31,635 nt of DNA from Candidatus Aenigmatarchaeota archaeon (GTDB taxonomy: Archaea; Aenigmatarchaeota; Aenigmatarchaeia; CG10238-14; SCSR01), in the NCBI GenBank assembly GCA_030616125.1, contig JAUWXZ010000001.1, positions 1 to 31,635 of the forward strand. The letters run 5' to 3'. The translations under genes were made by a program, and so were the position numbers. Shown here in pieces: positions 24,474-31,635 of the stretch. The notes beneath the pieces are model-generated. The model was not told the DNA's origin. It was given only the letters and a program-made list of their open reading frames with translations, and did no database searches. Each line of letters begins with the position of its first letter. Positions within the stretch are counted from its first letter, which is position 1.

Positions 24474-24546
24474 AGCCAAGGGCAGGATTTGAACCCACAT
24501 AGACCGCTCTGCAGGCGGTTACATAACCGGATTCTGTCACCTTGGC
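24474..24546 (-). tRNA. tRNA-Cys (GCA), no intron, CCA not encoded
   Basis: Acceptor stem GCCAAGG/CCTTGGC, anticodon arm ACCGC-CT-GCA-GA-GCGGT, T loop TTCAAAT, and discriminator U as expected for tRNA-Cys. Confidence 0.95.
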
Positions 24547-25082
24547 TTTAAAATTTTTTCCCAATCCAAGAGTGGATATCTATTTATCGTCCTTTTTTTT
24601 GCACTACTACCAAGATAATCCCCTAAAAACAAAATAGAACCTTCACTTTTGTGATATCCTGTTGAACCTGTTCTATCAAATTCATCTTTAATAGGATAGG
24701 TATGACCTTCTTTAACGATTGTTATTGAGGGAAAATATAAAGGAGTTTCCTTTAAAAACTCGCCCCCATCAAACATCATTTCTCTGAGATCATGGGTAGT
24801 TCTTGGTTCCCTTATAAACATTATTTTTCGAGAATTTTCATTTGACTGAACAAGAAGTTTATCTTCAGGTGTAATTTTATCAACGAAATCAATAGATCTT
24901 GGAAACATGTCATGATTAGCCAACAGCTCAGTGACTAATAAAGCGGCCCTTGGATGAGATCCTCTATCTATTTTCAAATTTATTTTCAAATTAGTTTCAT
25001 AGTACAGGAATCTAGCAGATAAAGGTGGAGTAATATCTTTATCTAAAAGTTCTAAGGGCACATTATAGGCAAAGACGTCCAC
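24537..25082 (-). CDS. Hypothetical protein
   Basis: 181-aa ORF with GTG start and no motif I recognise. Its stop codon lies inside the tRNA 5' end. Confidence 0.6.
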   Translation of the reverse strand: MDVFAYNVPLELLDKDITPPLSARFLYYETNLKINLKIDRGSHPRAALLVTELLANHDMFPRSIDFVDKITPEDKLLVQSNENSRKIMFIREPRTTHDLREMMFDGGEFLKETPLYFPSITIVKEGHTYPIKDEFDRTGSTGYHKSEGSILFLGDYLGSSAKKRTINRYPLLDWEKILKPR

Positions 25083-25105
25083 CCATTCTTTTCACCTTAT
25101 AAAAG

Positions 25106-25127
25106 TTAACACTGTTAAATATTTAAA
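25106..25127 (+). promoter_or_regulatory. Palindrome TTAAC-N3-GTTAA with adjacent TATA box
   Basis: Palindrome at 25106-25118. TATTTAAA at 25120-25127 is -31 to -24 from ATG 25151. Confidence 0.6.
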
Positions 25128-25150
25128 GGTAACGGTTTAAATTTCTTTAT

Positions 25151-25561
25151 ATGAAAGCACCCTGTGAATTAGTAAGCAATGTAGTTCTTCCCAGTATTAG
25201 AGCTTGGATAGTGAGAGAATCTGTGAAGAAAGGGATAAAACAAAAAGATGTTGCTAAAACTCTAGGCTTAACAGATGCTGCTGTTTCTCAGTACTTGAAA
25301 AAGAAAAGAGCAGATATAGGAGTAAGTGAAAAGGAGTTAAAACAAATAAAACCTTTGATAGATGATATAACAAAAAGAATAGTAGCTGGAAAACTTACAG
25401 ATTTTGATTTGATGAAACTTATATGCAAGGCTTGTATTTCATTAAGAGCTTCATTAGTTCTTTGCAAACTACACATGATAGCTGAGCCTAAACTTAAAAA
25501 AATAGACTGTACATTTTGTGAAGAATTACTTAGAAGTTACAGGAAATTAGATTTGAAATAA
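25151..25561 (+). CDS. HTH transcriptional regulator (COG2522-like), Cys-rich C-terminus
   Basis: PCELVSNVVLPSIRA...KQKDVAKTLGLTDAAVSQYLKKKR, then CKAC, LCKLH and CTFC. Confidence 0.87.
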   Translation: MKAPCELVSNVVLPSIRAWIVRESVKKGIKQKDVAKTLGLTDAAVSQYLKKKRADIGVSEKELKQIKPLIDDITKRIVAGKLTDFDLMKLICKACISLRASLVLCKLHMIAEPKLKKIDCTFCEELLRSYRKLDLK

Positions 25562-25573
25562 CAAAAAGATAAT

Positions 25574-25792
25574 ATGGCAAAAATCACAGAAGATACAACT
25601 TTAGCTGAAATTTTAAAATATCCTGAAGCAGGTAATATTCTCGCGAAACATAATTTACCCTGTTTACACTGTCCGATGGCTAAATATGAAATGGGCATGC
25701 TAAAAATTGGAGAAGTTGCCAGAGTATATGGTATTGATATTAAAAATTTGCTTAAGGAGTTAAACAAAAATATTAAGATAAGAAAAAACTAA
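25574..25792 (+). CDS. DUF1858-family small CxxC protein
   Basis: ITEDTTLAEIL...LAKHNLPCLHCP...IGEVARVYGID...LLKELN fits the DUF1858 pattern. Confidence 0.8.
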   Translation: MAKITEDTTLAEILKYPEAGNILAKHNLPCLHCPMAKYEMGMLKIGEVARVYGIDIKNLLKELNKNIKIRKN

Positions 25793-25809
25793 AATTAATA
25801 GGTGAAGAA

Positions 25810-26559
25810 ATGAAGTTAAAAAATAAAGTAGCAATAGTTACTGGTTCAGGACAAGGAATAGGAAAAGAAACTGCCTTGGCTCTAGCAAGAGAAGGCGCCA
25901 AGGTTGTTGTCTCAGATGTAACAGATAAAATTCATGAAGTTGTCAAAGAAATAGAGGCTTTGGGTTCCGAAGCCTTGGCAGTAAAAGCAAATGTTTCAAG
26001 TAGTAAAGATACTGAAGAAATTGCTAAAAAGACTTTGAAAAAATTTAAAAGAATCGATATACTGGTGAATAATGCAGGAATTTTTCCCTTTAAGCCTTTT
26101 GTTGAAATGAAAGAGGAAGACTGGGATAATGTTTTATCGATAAACTTGAAAGGAACTTTTCTTTGCACAAAAGCAGTGCTCCCTACAATGATAAAGCAAA
26201 AATATGGGAAGATTATAAACATTTCTTCTATCGCAGGTACAGTAGTCGGATTTCCTAAACTAGTACATTATTGCGCTTCTAAGGCAGGAATAGCCGGATT
26301 TACTAGAGGTGCAGCACTGGATTTAGCGGAATATGGAATAAATGTAAACGCTATAGCTCCAGGAGCAATAGAAACACCAGGAGCAGTTGCTGCTATGGGA
26401 GGAAAAAAAGCATTTCAACAATTTGCACAAACAATTCCACTTAAGAGACTTGGTCAACCAATAGACATAGCAAATTTAGTGGTATTCCTAGCTTCAGATG
26501 ATTCTAGTAACATAACAGGTCAATGTATAGTTTCAGATGGCGGACTTACAGATCAGTAA
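25810..26559 (+). CDS. Classical SDR oxidoreductase (FabG-like)
   Basis: TGSGQGIG, NNAG, YCASK (YxxxK), NAIAPG. RBS GGTGA upstream. Confidence 0.93.
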   Translation: MKLKNKVAIVTGSGQGIGKETALALAREGAKVVVSDVTDKIHEVVKEIEALGSEALAVKANVSSSKDTEEIAKKTLKKFKRIDILVNNAGIFPFKPFVEMKEEDWDNVLSINLKGTFLCTKAVLPTMIKQKYGKIINISSIAGTVVGFPKLVHYCASKAGIAGFTRGAALDLAEYGINVNAIAPGAIETPGAVAAMGGKKAFQQFAQTIPLKRLGQPIDIANLVVFLASDDSSNITGQCIVSDGGLTDQ

Positions 26560-27488
26560 CCTTTTTTACCTGTTAAATATTCATAAGCAGAAAGAGCAGC
26601 CTTTGCGCCTTCACCAGCAGCAATTATTATTTGTTTCCATCTAACATCTGTTACATCGCCAGCAGCAAATAAACCAGGAATGGTCGTATTACAATTTTGA
26701 TCAACATCTATTTCTTTCTTTTCATTTAATACCAATTTTTTAGGCAACTCAAAACCAATGCTTGGCTCTAAACCAATTTCAACAACTACCCCCCCAACTT
26801 TTAAATCTGAAACTTCTTTTGTAACCTTGTTTGTGAATTCAACACCTTCTACTCTTTTTTCACCTTTTATTGAAGCTACTTTACAATTGTTAAAAACTTT
26901 TACAAAAGGTAATTTTTTAACACTATCTTGCAATACTTCATCTCCTGTTAGTTCTGAAGCTAAATTGATAACGTAAATTTGATTAGTAAATTTTGCTAAC
27001 TCTAGAATAGCTTGTAAAGCCGAATTCCCTCCACCAACTATTGCAACTGGCCTGTCTTTAAAGAATGGTGCATCACATATAGCGCAATAAGTTATTCCCC
27101 TACCTATAAGTTTGTCCTCTCCAGGAACATTTAAGCTTCGTGGTTTTTTTCCAGAAGCTATTATAACAGTTTTTGTTCGGTAAGCATTGCTTTCAGTTTC
27201 TACTTTAAAAAGCCTACCTTCCTTCTTTATTCCCGTAATTTTCTCATGAATCACTTTTATATTAAAAGCGTTCAGATGTTCTTCAAATCTTCGTACTAAC
27301 TCTTGGCCAGGTATCATTGTAAAGCCTGTGTAATTTTCTACATCAGTTGAAAAGATAGCTTGGCCTCCTATATCAAGAGTAAGAACAAGAATGTCGAGTT
27401 TTTTTCTTGCTAGATAAATAGCTGCTGTTATCCCGGCTGGTCCTGCTCCTATTATAATTGAATCATAAGGAACAATAGATGCTTCCAT
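26553..27488 (-). CDS. trxB: Thioredoxin reductase (TrxB/AhpF-like)
   Basis: IIGAGPAG, YCAICD (CxxC), VGGGNSA, FAAGDVT. Confidence 0.9.
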   Translation of the reverse strand: MEASIVPYDSIIIGAGPAGITAAIYLARKKLDILVLTLDIGGQAIFSTDVENYTGFTMIPGQELVRRFEEHLNAFNIKVIHEKITGIKKEGRLFKVETESNAYRTKTVIIASGKKPRSLNVPGEDKLIGRGITYCAICDAPFFKDRPVAIVGGGNSALQAILELAKFTNQIYVINLASELTGDEVLQDSVKKLPFVKVFNNCKVASIKGEKRVEGVEFTNKVTKEVSDLKVGGVVVEIGLEPSIGFELPKKLVLNEKKEIDVDQNCNTTIPGLFAAGDVTDVRWKQIIIAAGEGAKAALSAYEYLTGKKGY

Positions 27489-27556
27489 AAAATTAATTTT
27501 TAATTATGATATTAAATAAATCTTTCTTGTTAAAAGAATTGAGCGTGTTCGACCAT

Positions 27557-28933
27557 TTATTTACCAATATAAGGTTTAAATTTTTCTTCTAGTTCAAAAA
27601 ATATCGAGTCAATTTTTTCTTTCCATTCAGGAAATCTTTCAGGAGAGGCAGGATATGCTGAACAATGATCTTTAATTTTTTCCATAACACCCTTAACATA
27701 GTTTAGATTTCTAAGCAGGGACAACCTTCCAATACCTCTGAAGGATCTTTTTGCTTTATCAGTTAAACTTAGCTTAAGTTCGCCTTTTGTTGTTAAGGTT
27801 ATCAAATCTTCTTCCTTAATTATCCCATGTTCTCTTGCATAATCTAAATCTTCAGGTTTAATACTTTGAAGAAAATCTCTGAAAGCATCTATAGGTGTGT
27901 ACCTTTGCCCATAACCATTTTTTTCAGTATAGTGTTGAAGATCATACGTCCATAAATTTTCTCTGCTTACATCACTTTTTTCTAAAGCATCACATGCTAT
28001 TTCAGCAGCAAACTTTCCTGTAACAAATGCTTGTCCATTACCGCTACCAGTAACAGGGTCTACTATTGAACCAGCTTCGCCAGCTATTAGAATGCCATTT
28101 CCGACTAAAGAAGCCAAGGATCTTCTAGTTGAAACATCCATACCACCAGCTTGTTTTCTTCCATTTGTTTCCAAAATTTCCGAGTCTTTAAACAATTCCA
28201 TTTTAAGTAAGGTTTCATAAAGTCTTTCTCTAGGATTTGGATGATTTGGCAATTTTCTAACACCCAAGCCAACATTTACCACATATTCACTTTCAGGAAA
28301 TATCCACCCATATCCACCTGGAAACTCATGAGGATTTACATATATTCTGCAGAAATTTTCACTTTCAAGTTTTTGTTTTATTTTTCTTCTTTCTCTATAA
28401 CCAATATTAACATCTTTATCTTCAATTTTTGTTTCTATGCCAAAGGATTTAGGTAATTTTTCCCTAATAAAAGATCTAAGACCACCACAATCAATTGTGA
28501 TATTTCCATAAATCTTTTCATTTGGACGGACCTCTACGCCCTTCACAAAACCGTTATCAATAATTGGTCCAGCAGCAACTGTTTTATCTCTTAATTCAAC
28601 CCCAGCATCTATAGCGCGGTTTAGAAGATACTGCCCAAAAAGCAATCTATCAAGCATCATTCCTCTATATTCTCCTCCAGGAACTTCCCAACAATCGAGA
28701 CTTGGGGGGTATATGAATAAACCTTCTATTTCATTAGTTTTAACATCTTCAGGAATTTCTAAACCAATTCTTTCTAAATGATGATGCCCAATAGCATTTC
28801 CACAGATTTTATCCCCAACCCTTTCTCTTGGTTTAGCATCTATTAGGCAAACATTAAAATTTCTTTTTGCAGCTGTAAAAGCGGCTGAGCAACCAGCAGA
28901 ACCAGCACCAACAATAACAATATCATACATCAT
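27557..28933 (-). CDS. Geranylgeranyl reductase family flavoprotein (DGGR-like)
   Basis: IVGAGSAG, KICG, PGGYGWIFP (YxWxFP) and GEAGSIVDPVTGSG. ATG 28933 or 28930 is preferred over the track start. Confidence 0.88.
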   Translation of the reverse strand: MMYDIVIVGAGSAGCSAAFTAAKRNFNVCLIDAKPRERVGDKICGNAIGHHHLERIGLEIPEDVKTNEIEGLFIYPPSLDCWEVPGGEYRGMMLDRLLFGQYLLNRAIDAGVELRDKTVAAGPIIDNGFVKGVEVRPNEKIYGNITIDCGGLRSFIREKLPKSFGIETKIEDKDVNIGYRERRKIKQKLESENFCRIYVNPHEFPGGYGWIFPESEYVVNVGLGVRKLPNHPNPRERLYETLLKMELFKDSEILETNGRKQAGGMDVSTRRSLASLVGNGILIAGEAGSIVDPVTGSGNGQAFVTGKFAAEIACDALEKSDVSRENLWTYDLQHYTEKNGYGQRYTPIDAFRDFLQSIKPEDLDYAREHGIIKEEDLITLTTKGELKLSLTDKAKRSFRGIGRLSLLRNLNYVKGVMEKIKDHCSAYPASPERFPEWKEKIDSIFFELEEKFKPYIGK

Positions 28934-28958
28934 AAAAGGATATGAAAAAAACAAATAT

Positions 28959-29798
28959 TTAAATTATAGCTTCAGGAATTGCATCTATTAAATCACTAGC
29001 TGTTACACTTTCTTTTAATTTTTTACTTGCTATTTCTCCTGCTCTTCCATTTATATAAGCAGAAGCACAAGCCGCGGTGAAAACATCGTTACCGCGAGCA
29101 AGCAAGGCTCCACATATTCCAGCTAACGTATCTCCCATCCCACCTTTTGTCATATAAGGTGAACCAGTTCTATTCAAAGCGACTTTTTTACCATCAGAAA
29201 CAACATCAACATGTCCTTTCAATAAGATTGTTGTTTTGAGTTGATGGGCAAGTTTTTTAACTGCGTTTACTCTTTCCTTTAAATTTATACTAACTTTTTT
29301 TCCACTTAGAACAAAAAATTCATAGCTATGCGGAGTAAGTAAAAAATTCTTATTTTTCACTATACCCTTATTTCTTGCCACAGCATGTATAGCATCAGCA
29401 TCAATTACACATGGGATATCAACTTTTTTAAGGTATGTGGCAATCACATTGAGAATCCCCTCTTCTCTGCGTAATCCTCCACCAATAACTACTGCAGTTT
29501 TGTTTTGAGTAAGTTTAAACAATTCTGTTAGATGCTCAACACCTAAATAATTCCCATTTAAAGGATAAGCTATCAAATCTGGAGTAAATGAAGCAATTAT
29601 ATTAGCAGCCCTTTCCGGCGCTGCAATTGTAACCAAATCAACTCCAGCTCTCAAAGCAGCTAAAGCATTTAGAGTTGGAGAACCAGAATATTGTTTACTT
29701 CCGCCTATAACAAGCAAATGGCCAAAATAGAATTTATGAGACCAAGGATCTCTTTTTTTATAGATTTTCTTAAGAATATCTTTTTTTACTTCAATCAT
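28959..29798 (-). CDS. nnrD: NAD(P)HX dehydratase, stand-alone YjeF C-terminal domain
   Basis: HK..FGHLLVIGGS..YSG, AALRAGVDLV, VIDADA, LTPH and GGMGDTLAG. Confidence 0.93.
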   Translation of the reverse strand: MIEVKKDILKKIYKKRDPWSHKFYFGHLLVIGGSKQYSGSPTLNALAALRAGVDLVTIAAPERAANIIASFTPDLIAYPLNGNYLGVEHLTELFKLTQNKTAVVIGGGLRREEGILNVIATYLKKVDIPCVIDADAIHAVARNKGIVKNKNFLLTPHSYEFFVLSGKKVSINLKERVNAVKKLAHQLKTTILLKGHVDVVSDGKKVALNRTGSPYMTKGGMGDTLAGICGALLARGNDVFTAACASAYINGRAGEIASKKLKESVTASDLIDAIPEAII

Positions 29799-29817
29799 AT
29801 AATTAATATTGTTTTGA

Positions 29818-30857
<1,040 letters not shown>

Positions 30858-30858
<1 letters not shown>

Positions 30859-31635
30859 TGGATGGTTTAATGAAAGATTTTCTGAGGATTGATGATGTTG
30901 ATGTTAAAGATAAAACAATCCTTCTCAGAGTCGATATTAATGTTCCTTATGATGTTGAAACTAAGCAAATTAGCGATTCTTATAGATTAAGAGAACACGC
31001 AAAAACAATTAAAGAATTATCAGAAAAAGGGGCAAAAGTGGCAATTCTTTCTCATCAAGGAAGAAAAGGAGACCCAGACTTTATTCATCTAAATCAGCAC
31101 GCAGAATTTCTAAGTAAACATGTAGGAAAAAAAGTAGAATTTGTAGAAGATGTAATTGGAGAAAAAGCAATAGAAAAAATAAAATCCTTAAAGCCAGGAT
31201 GTTTACTGTTACTAGATAATGTAAGATTCTTGGATGAAGAAACTCAAGAAAAAGCACCTGAAGAACACTCAAAAAGCAAACTTGTTCAGACTCTTGCCTC
31301 TTTAGTAGATGTTTTTGTGAATGATGCATTCTCTGCTGCTCATAGATCTCATGCTTCTTTGGTTGGATTCGCTTTAGCAGTACTTTCTGTAGCTGGTAGA
31401 GTTATGGAAGAAGAGATAAATGCGCTAGAGAGCATAATTAAACGCTTTGAAGAATTAAAAAATAATGTTTTTGTTTTAGGTGGAGCAAAGCCAAAAGATT
31501 CTTTGAATATAATGGACCATATGTTGAATCAGGGAATTTTAGGTACTGTAATGGTTTCAGGCATAGTCGGGGAACTTTTTCTTATAGCCAAAGGTTATAA
31601 ACTTGGAAAACCTACCCTAGACTTTTTAGAAAAAA
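30858..31635 (+). CDS. pgk: Phosphoglycerate kinase, archaeal type; 3'-partial and absent from the ORF track
   Basis: ATG 30858 (TAATG overlap with gap) or ATG 30870. Manual translation gives LLRVDINVP, SHQGRKGD, LLDNVRF, FVNDAFSAAHRSHASLVGF and VLGGAKP. The frame is open to the window end. Confidence 0.95.

Noticed and set aside
24463-24564. 34-aa N-terminal extension of CysRS in the ORF track
   Set aside because: It is the tRNA-Cys gene read in frame. The true start MTLRVFNT at 24462 has its own RBS and matches the family N-terminus.
31081-31329. 82-aa minus-strand ORF
   Set aside because: It is an antisense shadow of pgk.

Overview
A compact, AT-rich archaeal window. The gene content, ATGA/GTGA overlaps, TTTAAATA-type TATA boxes about 25-30 nt upstream of starts and GGTGA ribosome-binding sites suggest a DPANN lineage such as Aenigmatarchaeota (inference; no marker gene for placement). 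The first ~13 kb is an envelope locus. It holds a 5'-truncated giant glycoprotein fused through one TM helix to a cytoplasmic HerA/DUF87-type ATPase, a coiled-coil protein, a small wHTH protein, a second 1313-aa surface glycoprotein, a MinD-like ATPase, a small secreted protein and an A24 prepilin peptidase broken by one in-frame TAA. A convergent PIN-like ORF and the arvABC (oapABC) small-GTPase operon follow. The rest is housekeeping: serS, tyrS, a beta-CASP RNase, apgM-eno, a tRNA-Cys/cysS/ThrRS-editing-domain/HTH/iscS/membrane protein/iscU cluster, HTH-DUF1858-SDR, thioredoxin reductase, geranylgeranyl reductase, nnrD, and a bacterial-type gap followed by a 3'-truncated archaeal-type pgk. 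I found no rRNA, CRISPR array or mobile element. The best candidate for an undescribed system is the ATPase-fused surface-protein locus at 1-11139. All family assignments are from motif recognition by eye, not database searches.
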